From a virus (lineage: Duplodnaviria; Caudoviricetes), in IMG/VR virus record IMGVR_UViG_3300033075_001536, positions 32,001 to 96,000 of that record: a stretch of DNA of 64,000 bases. One strand, written 5' to 3'. Every line of letters begins with the position of its first letter. Within the stretch, counting starts at the first letter, position 1. Shown here piece by piece: positions 46,544-56,826 of the stretch. A model generated the notes under the pieces. It was not told where the DNA came from and did no database searches. It saw only the letters and a program-made list of their open reading frames with translations. The translations under genes and the position numbers were made by a program.

Positions 46544-47761
46544 TTAAACACACATACAAGTCATCAAAACATCCATTGCTTTTTTATCATTCAAATTTTT
46601 GAAGTCAATAAATTGCTCTTTAACAGATTGAATTTCTTCAGCTGACAATTTATTATCAATAAACTTATCAATATAGAAATCAAATTTATGTCTTTCATCC
46701 GTATTAATATCATTATAGTCAGGAACAAATTTTAAATCTACTTTATTATTGATGATTGGTATTATCTCACCTCTTGGTCCAGAGTAAAATTCCCTTGGGT
46801 TTTTACGACCTCTTCTATTTCTTTTTCTACCACCCTTACTGGTTCTATCTAAAAATTCATCATCATATCCGTTCCAAGATGATATCCTACCATCTCTTGA
46901 TCCAATATTTGTTCCATAGTTACTTTTTTGAAAGTCATTATCGTCATAATCATCATAGGTCTTGTATCTTTTACTATTATGGTTAGTTTGGGTATATTTT
47001 TTAACAGTAACCACTTTTGGATCTCTTTTAGTTACCAATTTTTCCCAATTGATACCAATAACAGCATTTGCTAACCTTTCTAGGTGTGATATATCTTGCC
47101 TTTCGGTGTGTGTATGTTCTGAGTAATATCCAACAGAAATGTTAGTACATTCTGGTATAACTTCAGTAAATTCAGCTGAATCGGTGTATATTCCACCTTC
47201 ATCCAACTTATAGGTCATTCCATTTTTTCTAAATTCAGATTGAAGACTTCTAGCAAAGTCATCTGAACAACATCTTTTAGAAGATTGGTAGGTAATAATT
47301 GAATCTGTTCCTCGTCTGTCAAATGCCACACATCTATCATATCCTTTGAACATTGGATCTTTTGCTGCTAGTGAAGATCCAACACACCCAACTTCTTCAC
47401 CAAAGAAGAAGTAATATAATCCAGGAACCTTATGCTTTATCATATAAAGCATAACAGTCATTCCTGACTTATCATCAGCTCCCAAAACAGACTTACCATC
47501 TGTCTTGATCATATTTCCTTCTATAACATGTCTAACTTCTACCTGTTCCTTGCAAGCGGTATCAAGGTGAGAGGTAAACATTGTTTTACTTTCTCCAATT
47601 TTTAAAAACCAATTTCCACTTTCATCTTGTGAAATATCATTGGGTATTAAATCATTTTCTCTCAAAAGATCAATAACTTCATTTTCATATCCAAATGGAT
47701 AAGTTCTTGAAGTGAGTTTTAAGAAGGTATTTTTAACAAAATTATTTTTCTCTCTATTCAT
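46544..47761 (-). CDS. M28/M20-family Zn peptidase
   Basis: SHLDT; LGADDK; GEEVG; FDRRG; YTDS; N.SVGY..EH. Confidence 0.88.
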   Translation of the reverse strand: MNREKNNFVKNTFLKLTSRTYPFGYENEVIDLLRENDLIPNDISQDESGNWFLKIGESKTMFTSHLDTACKEQVEVRHVIEGNMIKTDGKSVLGADDKSGMTVMLYMIKHKVPGLYYFFFGEEVGCVGSSLAAKDPMFKGYDRCVAFDRRGTDSIITYQSSKRCCSDDFARSLQSEFRKNGMTYKLDEGGIYTDSAEFTEVIPECTNISVGYYSEHTHTERQDISHLERLANAVIGINWEKLVTKRDPKVVTVKKYTQTNHNSKRYKTYDDYDDNDFQKSNYGTNIGSRDGRISSWNGYDDEFLDRTSKGGRKRNRRGRKNPREFYSGPRGEIIPIINNKVDLKFVPDYNDINTDERHKFDFYIDKFIDNKLSAEEIQSVKEQFIDFKNLNDKKAMDVLMTCMCV

Positions 47762-47780
47762 TCTACACTTTTAGTGGATA

Positions 47781-47788
47781 CAAAGATA
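47781..47788 (-). promoter_or_regulatory. Bacteroidota -7 element TATCTTTG
   Basis: About 20 nt upstream of the peptidase ATG. Confidence 0.55.
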
Positions 47789-47812
47789 AGCATTATATTT
47801 CATATTAACAAA

Positions 47813-48031
47813 TTAATCCACATTCTTGTGATTTATACCAAATTTAACATATTTATACCAAAATCTTTCGTGTAGGAAATAAATAATTGGTTTTATTACC
47901 AATTCTATTATTGAGAAGCTAAAGCCAATTAAGGCACTTCCTGTAACAACATATCCAATGAAAAAAGACGCAATAGAAGATATTATTCTATAAGTTATTG
48001 TTTTTAAAAAGTGTCTTTTAATGTGAACCAT
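47813..48031 (-). CDS. DUF2061 family membrane protein
   Basis: RHFLKTITYR...K..IYFLHER.W. Confidence 0.85.
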   Translation of the reverse strand: MVHIKRHFLKTITYRIISSIASFFIGYVVTGSALIGFSFSIIELVIKPIIYFLHERFWYKYVKFGINHKNVD

Positions 48032-48281
48032 CTATTATCTCCCTTAGATTTCTATCTCTAATTGTCTTTAGAGTTGGTTTGATATTTTCTATCCTTGTTC
48101 CAAATTTTTGTCCAAAGATATTCTGCTTAATGATTATACCTTGTTTATACATTCCATAGTCTGATTGCCACAAGCTCTCTATTTCAACCTCGGTTCCTTT
48201 TAAAAAAATTACTTCACCATAACTACCCATAATATCATCTAGTAAAATAACAGTTTCTCCTATACTATACGGATTTTCCAT
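48018..48281 (-). CDS. Small protein with C-terminal tag
   Basis: Likely start MENPYSIG at 48281; ends IRDRNLREIIDGSH. Confidence 0.65.
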   Translation of the reverse strand: MENPYSIGETVILLDDIMGSYGEVIFLKGTEVEIESLWQSDYGMYKQGIIIKQNIFGQKFGTRIENIKPTLKTIRDRNLREIIDGSH

Positions 48282-48477
48282 TTTTCTTTTTAATGTACTC
48301 TTCAATTCCTCGAATAAATAGCTCCTTAATAACAGATTCGCAGGTATATGTCTTATCATAATAGTACTCTATATTGGAGACAACATTAGCCATACCAACC
48401 CAATAAAGGTCTTCTTTATCAAATCCACGAAATTGTATATTTCTTTCGTTTAAAAGTTGGTATAACTGATGCTTCAT
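48265..48477 (-). CDS. Hypothetical protein
   Basis: Downstream of uvsX, coupled to next gene. Confidence 0.6.
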   Translation of the reverse strand: MKHQLYQLLNERNIQFRGFDKEDLYWVGMANVVSNIEYYYDKTYTCESVIKELFIRGIEEYIKKKNGKSV

Positions 48478-48493
48478 TTATGAAAATTTATTT

Positions 48494-49723
48494 TTATCCG
48501 AAAATATCTTCCGCATCTACCGAGTCTGTAAATCCATTGGTTACATCATCAGATTCAACCATTTTCTCAAATTCTTTTTCCATTTCCTCTTGTTCAGCCA
48601 AACTTTTATACTTGAAATATGAATTAACAATTGGCTCCATTTTATTTAGAACATCTTGTGTGAAAATTTCCGAATTATACATTTGTCCCTCATAAAATGT
48701 TTTATCCAAATGTGATACATACCATTTTCCTGTCCCTGGAATAAAACTCATTTCGCCTGTTTTTTTATCAACATCCATTTTGCCTCTACCAATTCCAATT
48801 TGTTCAAAAAATTCTGGTCGACAAAACTCCAATAGTCCTTTAAATGGGTTCATCCCACTTTCAAATGAAATTTCTATTTTTACTTGCTTTGGCTTAACTG
48901 ATCTATTTTTAACACACTTACATGTTACAATAACGCCTGTATTACTAGCAATGTCTAAATCATCTGCTTTCTTATCATCCTTTAGCTTAGCTTTTGTTAA
49001 AAATGTAATGTTGTTAGATGAATAATATAACTGGCGACCACCTTTCATTATTGTTTGTGAGTAAGTCTCCATTGTCTCGTATGTCTGGTTATTAACGATT
49101 AGTGGAATATCCAAATAATTTATATCAGCTGTTATAGACACAAATAGAGATCCAATTGCCTTTGCTTTGTTGCCAACATCTGCCTTTATATCTCCTTTCA
49201 AAAGGTCTTCTTTCGATTTTTTAGATGCCATCTGTGCTAGTGAATCCAATGCCCATATTTGTTTTGGTAATTCAAATCCGTCTAACTTAGCTTTTTTCAA
49301 CTCATCTATTAATGTTGTTACAGCAACATTTAGCTCCTCAATTTGGTTACCTCTAACAATAATGAATTTTTCAGGAGAATTATCTATACCATATTTTGGT
49401 AAGTCTGCTCTATTTATAGCATATTCGGTATCAATATAGATGACATAATACCCCTTCTTTTGAGCCTCTCTCATTATATTCAGTGCTAAAAATGTTTTAC
49501 CAGATGCTTCTGGGCCTGCGAAAGTGCTTATCCCACGATCACCAACACCACCAAATAATGATCCCGATAGTGCTGCATTTAAAACATAATTTCCGGTTGG
49601 AATATATGTCCTTTCTTTAATTTCCTTATCTATGTGTATAGGAACTGTCTTTGCTATATTATCCAATATAGATCCAACTTTACTGAATTCAAATTTCTTT
49701 TTTGATTCTAATTGCTTTGCCAT
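48494..49723 (-). CDS. uvsX: UvsX/RecA-like recombinase
   Basis: TGNYVLNAALSG; Walker A GPEASGKT; IDTE; LDSL; NQTY...MKGG; KNR. Confidence 0.9.
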   Translation of the reverse strand: MAKQLESKKKFEFSKVGSILDNIAKTVPIHIDKEIKERTYIPTGNYVLNAALSGSLFGGVGDRGISTFAGPEASGKTFLALNIMREAQKKGYYVIYIDTEYAINRADLPKYGIDNSPEKFIIVRGNQIEELNVAVTTLIDELKKAKLDGFELPKQIWALDSLAQMASKKSKEDLLKGDIKADVGNKAKAIGSLFVSITADINYLDIPLIVNNQTYETMETYSQTIMKGGRQLYYSSNNITFLTKAKLKDDKKADDLDIASNTGVIVTCKCVKNRSVKPKQVKIEISFESGMNPFKGLLEFCRPEFFEQIGIGRGKMDVDKKTGEMSFIPGTGKWYVSHLDKTFYEGQMYNSEIFTQDVLNKMEPIVNSYFKYKSLAEQEEMEKEFEKMVESDDVTNGFTDSVDAEDIFG

Positions 49724-49838
49724 TTTATTTAAATATTTTTTAAGATATATATAAAAAATTATCTCCCCCCATTATACTTTTAAATTAAACACCTAATTAA
49801 ATAAAAAAAGAGGGAAATATAATTTAATATATACATCT

Positions 49839-50921
49839 ATGACTAAGCAAGAATTTTTAGAAAAAGCTAGAGGAAAACATGGGTATAAGTATCAATATCC
49901 GAATTTAAATGATAAAATTTTATCTACCGATGATATAGAAGTAGTATATGAAGGAAAAACATACACACAAAAAGTTGTTAAACATATAATGGGTAGGTGT
50001 CCAGAAAAAAATACTTTAAGGAAATCCACTTCTGAATTTATATCAGAAGCCAAATCTATTTGGGGAGATAGATATGACTACTCACTGGTGGATTATAAAG
50101 GGGCATTAAAAAAGGTAAAAATAATTTTTGAAGGTATTATATTTGAGCAAAAAGCTATATCACATTTACAGGGACAGGCTCCAGAAAAAAATTTAAATCA
50201 GGAAAATTTTATAAGAAAATCAAAAATAAAACATGGTGATAAATATGATTACAGATATACAAAATTCAATTCTGGTGATTCTCCTGTTATGATAGGGTAC
50301 AATGGTGTGTTTTATTTACAAAAACCATATCAACACCTAGTTGGAAATTGCCCAGAAAATTTAAGACTATCAACAAGAAAGACAACGAGTTCTTTTATTA
50401 GAGAATCTATGTTGGTTCATGATTTTAAATATAATTATGACAAAACCGACTATATAAAAAACCAAACCAAAGTCATAATCACTTGCCCTATACACGGTGA
50501 TTTCTCACAAAGACCATTATCACATCTACAAGGATCTGGGTGTCCAAATTGCAATGAATCAATTGGTGAAAAAAAAATTGCCAAATTTTTGAATGAGAAT
50601 AAAATCTTATATGATAGACAATATAAATTTCCAGATTGTAGGAATATATTTGAACTACCGTTCGATTTCTATATCCCATCTATGCGCACTATAATTGAAT
50701 TTGATGGTAAACAACACTATGAGCCAATGGAATTTTTTGGTGGGGTAGAATCATATGAAAGACTGAAAGAAAATGATAAAATAAAAAATAATTACTGTGA
50801 AGAAAATTACATTAATTTAATTCGGATTCGTTATGATCAAATTGAAGATATTCAAAATATTTTATGGGAAAACTTAAAAGTTTTTATAAAAATGGTCTCC
50901 AAAAATAAAAGAATTAATTAG
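49839..50921 (+). CDS. DUF723-repeat plus PD-(D/E)XK putative homing endonuclease
   Basis: Repeated F...A...HGD.YDY; ITCPIHG.F.Q...HL.G.GCP.C; LPFDFY..IEFDG.QH. Confidence 0.85.
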   Translation: MTKQEFLEKARGKHGYKYQYPNLNDKILSTDDIEVVYEGKTYTQKVVKHIMGRCPEKNTLRKSTSEFISEAKSIWGDRYDYSLVDYKGALKKVKIIFEGIIFEQKAISHLQGQAPEKNLNQENFIRKSKIKHGDKYDYRYTKFNSGDSPVMIGYNGVFYLQKPYQHLVGNCPENLRLSTRKTTSSFIRESMLVHDFKYNYDKTDYIKNQTKVIITCPIHGDFSQRPLSHLQGSGCPNCNESIGEKKIAKFLNENKILYDRQYKFPDCRNIFELPFDFYIPSMRTIIEFDGKQHYEPMEFFGGVESYERLKENDKIKNNYCEENYINLIRIRYDQIEDIQNILWENLKVFIKMVSKNKRIN

Positions 50922-51459
50922 ATCCTCTGAAATTAAATTCTTCTTTTGGTAAATTTATATGAAATTTAACTGGTTTGAATATGAAATAGTGTATTCTAAC
51001 CCAAGTTACATCATCTGAATAGGAGGTTGAATAGAAATTATTAAAAAATTGATACCCCATTCCTTCAATTCTATCTTCAACTTCTTCAAGGACTTCTATC
51101 ATCTCATTTTTATGTTTTATATTAAATTCGGTTTCCTCACCAAGAGGTGCTGGAAATTCTCCTCTTTTTTTATACAAACCACTTGATGTAAAATCTCTAT
51201 CTAAAGTAACTACCATAAATTCACCAATTTTTCTAAGGACATATAATTTTTCATTACCAACAGAAGTATCATCAAATAGAAATTCGGTTCCGAGACTTCT
51301 TATAAACCTATCAGTATTGGTGTCTTGTCGTGTACCAGATTCATTAATAAAAGTATATTCAAATTTATATCCAAGATCCATCACTGGTATGAATATATTT
51401 TCAATATCTTCAGTATCAACTTCTTGGCTAAAATTTTCAAACAGAGAAATAAACTTCAT
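50914..51459 (-). CDS. CTS-like-tagged paralog-family protein
   Basis: MKFISLFENF; EDIENIFIPVMDLGY...EDRIEGMGY. Confidence 0.8.
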   Translation of the reverse strand: MKFISLFENFSQEVDTEDIENIFIPVMDLGYKFEYTFINESGTRQDTNTDRFIRSLGTEFLFDDTSVGNEKLYVLRKIGEFMVVTLDRDFTSSGLYKKRGEFPAPLGEETEFNIKHKNEMIEVLEEVEDRIEGMGYQFFNNFYSTSYSDDVTWVRIHYFIFKPVKFHINLPKEEFNFRGSN

Positions 51460-51468
51460 GTGAAAAGT

Positions 51469-51924
51469 TTATTTTTTATAATTGGACCACCAAGTATCAA
51501 AGTCTTGATCACTCTCACCTTCATTATAATCCATACCAGCTTCAAAAGCATCCTGAGCTAACTTTTTGCGATTAATAGTGTAGTTATTTGTATCAAATGA
51601 TATTCTATCAGAATATGGTTCATTTTCTTCCTCTTCATCAAATTGATTATGTCTAACCTCATTCATGGACTCGGTAATAGATCCTTTAAAATAGGATTTT
51701 ACAATATCTACCACATCTTCATCATCGGACGGATAACATAATTCACCAGATTTATAGGTGATTCTACCACTGGAAACTAAATTTTGTAGAATAGATTCTG
51801 ATCCAAATAGATTTTCTTCATCTTGGGAAATTTGAATACAAACCATTTTATCATCTGTTTCAGATTCACTTTTAGTCGAATCAACCTGATTCTCATTCAC
51901 AAATTGTCCATATTTTTTGATCAT
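51469..51924 (-). CDS. Acidic CTS-like-tagged protein
   Basis: MIKKYGQFVNEN; internal ITESMNE. Confidence 0.75.
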   Translation of the reverse strand: MIKKYGQFVNENQVDSTKSESETDDKMVCIQISQDEENLFGSESILQNLVSSGRITYKSGELCYPSDDEDVVDIVKSYFKGSITESMNEVRHNQFDEEEENEPYSDRISFDTNNYTINRKKLAQDAFEAGMDYNEGESDQDFDTWWSNYKK

Positions 51925-52028
51925 ACAACTATTATTGGTTTTTAGTATATATTAGTTTTTGTTTTAATAAATATGTTTATCCATGTATATAAGACAAAAA
52001 TCCATAATCCATATTTTATATATAGAAT

Positions 52029-52865
52029 ATGAAATGGAGTGATTATGAAGTAAAATATCTCATTGATAATTATGCTGAATTAGGACCAAAGTCTATTGGT
52101 GAAAAAATTGGTAGAAGCTTTGTATCTGTGACACATAAGGCAAATAGACTCGGAATAAAAATATCAAAGGAAAGAAAAAGTAAGGTGTGTAGTCAGAATA
52201 GTATAAAAAGAAGAGGTAAAAAAGAAAATTATAGAGTTGATGATATAACTAATAATATAAATGAGTATTCGTCCTATCTATTAGGACTGATATGGACAGA
52301 TGGATATCTATCTAAAAATAGAAATACGGTTGGCATAACAATGGTTAGTGATGACTTGAATAAGATTGAATGGATATTTTATAAAACTGGAAATTGGTAT
52401 AAACAATCCAGAAAGCGAAAAGGCAAAAGAGAATCAACATCACTAGATGCTTATAATCCAAATCTATACGATAGTCTTTGTTTGTTGGGATTCTTAGAAA
52501 AATCAAAAATATCTCCTTTCAAAGTATTTGAAATCATACCAAAAAACTATATAAAGTATTTTTTTAGAGGAATAATAGATGGTGATGGTTGTTTCTATGT
52601 TAATAAGAGACAATATACATATCAATTTTCTATATGTTCAACATATGATCAAGATTGGTCATTTTATATTTATTTTTTTAAAAATAAATTTATAGATTTT
52701 AAAATAAAAAGAAGAATACAAAATAAAAAAAGCAGATCATCAATTATACAAATTTGCAAAAAGTCAGAAATTAAGGAATTGATATATTTTGTGTATGATG
52801 GATATGACAGTGATAAAATAGGATTGAAAAGAAAATATGATAAAGCTATGAGTATTTTAAAATAA
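52029..52865 (+). CDS. LAGLIDADG homing endonuclease
   Basis: YLLGLIWTDG and FFRGIIDGDG motifs; N-terminal HTH; L.RK C-terminus. Confidence 0.9.
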   Translation: MKWSDYEVKYLIDNYAELGPKSIGEKIGRSFVSVTHKANRLGIKISKERKSKVCSQNSIKRRGKKENYRVDDITNNINEYSSYLLGLIWTDGYLSKNRNTVGITMVSDDLNKIEWIFYKTGNWYKQSRKRKGKRESTSLDAYNPNLYDSLCLLGFLEKSKISPFKVFEIIPKNYIKYFFRGIIDGDGCFYVNKRQYTYQFSICSTYDQDWSFYIYFFKNKFIDFKIKRRIQNKKSRSSIIQICKKSEIKELIYFVYDGYDSDKIGLKRKYDKAMSILK

Positions 52866-52881
52866 TTATTATCTTAGCTAT

Positions 52882-53451
52882 ATGAATATTTGGTTTTTAT
52901 CAGACACACACTTTAGTCATACAAACATATCTGGTCCAAAAGTATCAAGTTGGGGATCTGGATATAGAACATTTGACAACATACATCAGATGAATGAGAC
53001 ACTTTTTAGGGAAATAAATGATGTTGCCAAAGAGGACGATATTATTTATTTTCTTGGAGATTTTTGTTTTGGTGATCATAGAAGAACACCAGAATATAGA
53101 AATAGAATTGTGTGTAAAACAATTCATTTTATTCGTGGTAATCATGATAATCATATCGACATTTATAAAGATTGTTTTTCTTCTATAAATGATGTTATGT
53201 TTATACAACATGGAAAGCAGAAAATTTTCCTATCTCATTACTCACATAGAGTTTGGCCTGGTAGTCATAAAGGCACAATACATTTATATGGACATTCACA
53301 CTCATCTATTCCAGACTTTGGAAAATCAATGGATGTTGGTGTGGACTCCTATTATAAATTATTTGGAAAATATAAACCATTTCATCTAAATGAAATATTA
53401 AACATAATGTCTAAGAAAGAAATAAAAACCGTTGATCATCACGAATCTTAA
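52882..53451 (+). CDS. Calcineurin-like metallophosphoesterase
   Basis: SDTHF; LGDF; GNHD; HLYGHSH; DVGVD. Confidence 0.9.
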   Translation: MNIWFLSDTHFSHTNISGPKVSSWGSGYRTFDNIHQMNETLFREINDVAKEDDIIYFLGDFCFGDHRRTPEYRNRIVCKTIHFIRGNHDNHIDIYKDCFSSINDVMFIQHGKQKIFLSHYSHRVWPGSHKGTIHLYGHSHSSIPDFGKSMDVGVDSYYKLFGKYKPFHLNEILNIMSKKEIKTVDHHES

Positions 53452-53454
53452 ATT

Positions 53455-53916
53455 ATGAATCCAAAAATGAAACCCATGGTTATTGAACTAATTGATAACC
53501 TATGTTCAGATACCGACACAGATGATTTAAAATGGAAGGAAGAAACCTTTTCTTCTAATAGAAGAAAAGAGAGATATTATTCTTGTGATTTATCTGGAAC
53601 CAAAGTTCAGGTTCGTGTGGAAATAAAAGAAGATCTATCTATGGGTGGAGGATGGATGTCTGTTGAGGATCCAAATTTAAGTGAAAGAATACTTGCCTTT
53701 GAGGTAGAGGTTCCTACCGTTAAGAAAATAGTAGGTGTTCTTTATAATAAATTTGTTTTACCCGAAAAAGTTAAAATACAACAAAAGGATGAAAGTGATT
53801 TGAAGACTATGGGTAATATTCTTGGAAAAACATCAATAAAAAATAAAAGAGATCGTAAACTAGGAGAGATTTTAGGAGACAATATTGTAGATAAAATAAA
53901 AGGTATTTTTAAGTAA
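53455..53916 (+). CDS. Hypothetical protein with near-C-terminal tag
   Basis: KRDRKLGEILG. Confidence 0.7.
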   Translation: MNPKMKPMVIELIDNLCSDTDTDDLKWKEETFSSNRRKERYYSCDLSGTKVQVRVEIKEDLSMGGGWMSVEDPNLSERILAFEVEVPTVKKIVGVLYNKFVLPEKVKIQQKDESDLKTMGNILGKTSIKNKRDRKLGEILGDNIVDKIKGIFK

Positions 53917-53918
53917 TA

Positions 53919-54779
53919 ATGAAAGATGTAAAAGGATTTTGCAGACTATTTGATATAAATGTTCCTTCTTTTAAGGAGATAGATTACTATTTGGATCAAC
54001 TATCCAAAACAGAAAAATATAAAAATATAAAAGATCTAGCAAATTTATATGAGGAAAACGAAAACCAGTTCGGGGATCTTTATCAAATTCGAACTGAAAA
54101 GTCAAAAAGCTTAATTGATTTTTTATCCATTTCTGATGCTTATACGGAAATGACATTCGATCTTATTGTTGATCTACCAACTAGTAAAGAATTTAAACCA
54201 GAGGAAAATAAAAAGTATTTTTCAGTGGATATTGTTCAAGCAAACTGGCAAGCACTTAAAAGGTATGACCATTTTAATAAATTGGGAAACTCCTATCCAG
54301 AATTTTTGAGAAGTTTTGGATTTCCAGAGGTATTGATACATTCAAAATTTTTAAGACAATTTATCTATGGAAATCTAAATCCAAAAAGGCAACAAAAAGT
54401 TCAAAGGATAATCATTCAAGAAATTGTCGAATTAGTTGGTGATCGTTTGAAATTGGAGTGTATTAAAAATGATGAGGTTATTTTCTCTTATGAGAACATA
54501 AATTTGGTAAATGAAGTTTCAAAAGAAATTGATTCATATAGGTTTAAGTCCAAATTATTTTCGGTTCGTCTGGTGGAAGATTTTAAGATTTATGAATATA
54601 TCAACAACAGAGGTGAGTTTTTATATAAAGAGCTAGTTGGATCAGATGGTCTTAAATTTTATATGAGATTAAAGAAATATATTCTAGATGAACCTTTAGA
54701 TATAAGAGATCTTTATTTTCATGTAAATGGTGAGGTAGCTATTTGGATGACAGAAAATTTGAAATTAGAATTGTCTTAA
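53919..54779 (+). CDS. Hypothetical protein (S.D...AN motif)
   Basis: 286-aa ORF; FSVDIVQANWQAL; K..RQ.IYG.LNPKRQ. Confidence 0.7.
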   Translation: MKDVKGFCRLFDINVPSFKEIDYYLDQLSKTEKYKNIKDLANLYEENENQFGDLYQIRTEKSKSLIDFLSISDAYTEMTFDLIVDLPTSKEFKPEENKKYFSVDIVQANWQALKRYDHFNKLGNSYPEFLRSFGFPEVLIHSKFLRQFIYGNLNPKRQQKVQRIIIQEIVELVGDRLKLECIKNDEVIFSYENINLVNEVSKEIDSYRFKSKLFSVRLVEDFKIYEYINNRGEFLYKELVGSDGLKFYMRLKKYILDEPLDIRDLYFHVNGEVAIWMTENLKLELS

Positions 54780-55405
54780 TGGATCTTTTTGAAAAACCAA
54801 AAATTGATTTACAAAATATAACTTGTCACTCTGGTGGTGCTGAGGGTTCTGATACTGCTTGGGAAAAAATAGGTGAGAAATTTGGAGTAAAAACTAAATC
54901 CTATTCTTATAAAACTTCTTATCATCAATCTAAAAATAAAATTGAAATTTCAGAAGAGGACTATCAAGAGGGAATAAATGAGGTTAATAAAGCAAACAAG
55001 TGGCTTGCTAGATTTGGAATTCAAAAATATATGAATCTTTTGTCAAGAAATTGGGCTCAAGTAAAATATTCTAAAGAGATTTTCGCTATTGGATTTATTG
55101 TTGATCCTGGAAAAAAGGGGAATAAAGGATTCTATAATAAATCCAAATATCAGGTGGTAGATGGCGGAACTTCCTACTGTTGCCAAATGGCAATTAATCA
55201 TCTAAAGCCAGTTTTTGTATTTGATCAAAATAAGGATTTTTGGTTCAGATGGTCTTACTCCTCATTAAATTTTGTAAAATTAGATGACACACCATTTATA
55301 AGTGATCAAAATTTTGCTGGTGTGGGTACAAGGGAAATTCTACCTAATGGAATAATGGCTATTAGAAATGTATATGAAAAAACATTCAACACAAATCAAT
55401 CCTAA
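54779..55405 (+). CDS. SLOG-superfamily (DprA/Mo-carrier-like) nucleotide-binding protein
   Basis: HSGGAEGSD; RN; V.GGT..C..MA....KPVFVF; FAGVGTR; start at TAATG overlap 54779. Confidence 0.7.
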   Translation: MDLFEKPKIDLQNITCHSGGAEGSDTAWEKIGEKFGVKTKSYSYKTSYHQSKNKIEISEEDYQEGINEVNKANKWLARFGIQKYMNLLSRNWAQVKYSKEIFAIGFIVDPGKKGNKGFYNKSKYQVVDGGTSYCCQMAINHLKPVFVFDQNKDFWFRWSYSSLNFVKLDDTPFISDQNFAGVGTREILPNGIMAIRNVYEKTFNTNQS

Positions 55406-56243
55406 TATGTTTAATGGAATTTATACTTCTTTTAGTTATACACAAATTGTCTAAATCACCTATGCGTTCAGGATCAATGTTATTAATAAATCCATAATAA
55501 ATAGATATTTTATGATCAATTGTTGGATATTTTTTATTAGACGCATTTAAATTTAAATTATTTAAAATATTTTCATTATCATAATAATCCAACCCATTCC
55601 AATTTTCAAATAATTGTTTTCTAATTCTATTTGTTTTATTTCTTACTTTTTTAGTATATAATTCAAATTCTGTTTTTTTATTATCCGGCACTTGTTGGTT
55701 ATTTTCTATTCTTTTTATTTTACCAATTTCACTAGCTACATAATTTACATTACCATATCTAATTAAATTTGTATTTTTCATTTTTTCTTGAACTTCTATT
55801 GATTTAGATGCCCAACTAACTCCGTAGTTTGATAAACTTGTTAATTTTGATTTTTCTTGTATCTCTTTTGATTGTGATGGATACTCTACCCCATATTTTT
55901 CTAAATTTGTAGCCTTTATTCTATCTTTAATTGTTTCAATTTGCAATACATTATTAACTCCGTATCTTTCTAAATTAGTTAATTTATTTTTAAATTTAGC
56001 ACAATTTGGAGAACAACAATATAAATTTCCATTATTATATGAGTGGATATATTCCCGATATGGCTTTTGTGAGACACTATCACAAATATCACACTTTACA
56101 TTTACTTTAGTGTGTGAGGTGGGTATTATGTCTAATATATTTATTTCATAATATTTATTGTTTTCTATATTTGAAATACATTGTTTATAGTGTTTAAAAT
56201 TTCTTGAATTAATTCTAATTATAACTTTTTCATCTAATATCAT
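55386..56243 (-). CDS. Putative HNH homing endonuclease with T(N/S)L..YGV repeats
   Basis: Repeats TNLERYGV/TNLEKYGV; TIDHKIS...NL.IT.RSINS.K. Confidence 0.8.
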   Translation of the reverse strand: MILDEKVIIRINSRNFKHYKQCISNIENNKYYEINILDIIPTSHTKVNVKCDICDSVSQKPYREYIHSYNNGNLYCCSPNCAKFKNKLTNLERYGVNNVLQIETIKDRIKATNLEKYGVEYPSQSKEIQEKSKLTSLSNYGVSWASKSIEVQEKMKNTNLIRYGNVNYVASEIGKIKRIENNQQVPDNKKTEFELYTKKVRNKTNRIRKQLFENWNGLDYYDNENILNNLNLNASNKKYPTIDHKISIYYGFINNIDPERIGDLDNLCITKRSINSIKHIRIDLC

Positions 56244-56273
56244 ATACTATATATTAAAATTTTCAAGTAAAAA

Positions 56274-56762
56274 GTGATAGATATTGATATAGTTAAAATG
56301 AGGCGAGAAGAAATTGATGAGGTGGCTCAGCTGATTAGTGATGTATATGATTATGAAAAAATTTGGGACGGATATAGATTTGAATTAATAAAAAAAGACC
56401 TTGAATATGATTTTGCACTTGATGATAAAAAATTCCATCATAATCATGTTGATTTTGCTTTTTTTCTTGCTAAAAATGGTGAAAAAATAGTTGGAGTTGC
56501 AGGAATAAAAACATCACCTATGTCATCATCTGTTTTTGAATTATGTTGGGCAACAGTTATTCCTGAATTTCAAAGGAAAGGAGTTGGTTCTAAATTAATA
56601 AAAGCTAGGTTAGATTGGGCCAAAGAAAAAGAAGAACATTCGATCATTATGACAAATACTAGGTTTTTAAATCTTTTTGAAAAATTTAATTTTATAACTA
56701 TATTTGCCTACGAAAATGATCCAGACAGTCCTCTTGGTGGTTTATGCTATTTGCGATTATAA
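56274..56762 (+). CDS. GNAT acetyltransferase
   Basis: V.PEFQRKGVGSKLI acetyl-CoA motif. Confidence 0.88.
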   Translation: MIDIDIVKMRREEIDEVAQLISDVYDYEKIWDGYRFELIKKDLEYDFALDDKKFHHNHVDFAFFLAKNGEKIVGVAGIKTSPMSSSVFELCWATVIPEFQRKGVGSKLIKARLDWAKEKEEHSIIMTNTRFLNLFEKFNFITIFAYENDPDSPLGGLCYLRL

Positions 56763-56826
56763 TACTTCTCTATTGAACTTTTAGCAAAAAATCCATACAA
56801 TAGAAATTAAAAATAAAAATAAATTA

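Noticed and set aside
48265-48359. Programmed frameshift joining 48265..48477 and 48018..48359
   Set aside because: More simply two overlapping genes, the second starting at ATG 48281
52029-52865. LAGLIDADG gene as part of a group I intron or intein
   Set aside because: Not interrupting any gene; flanks are short, it has its own late box, and no splicing motifs are evident
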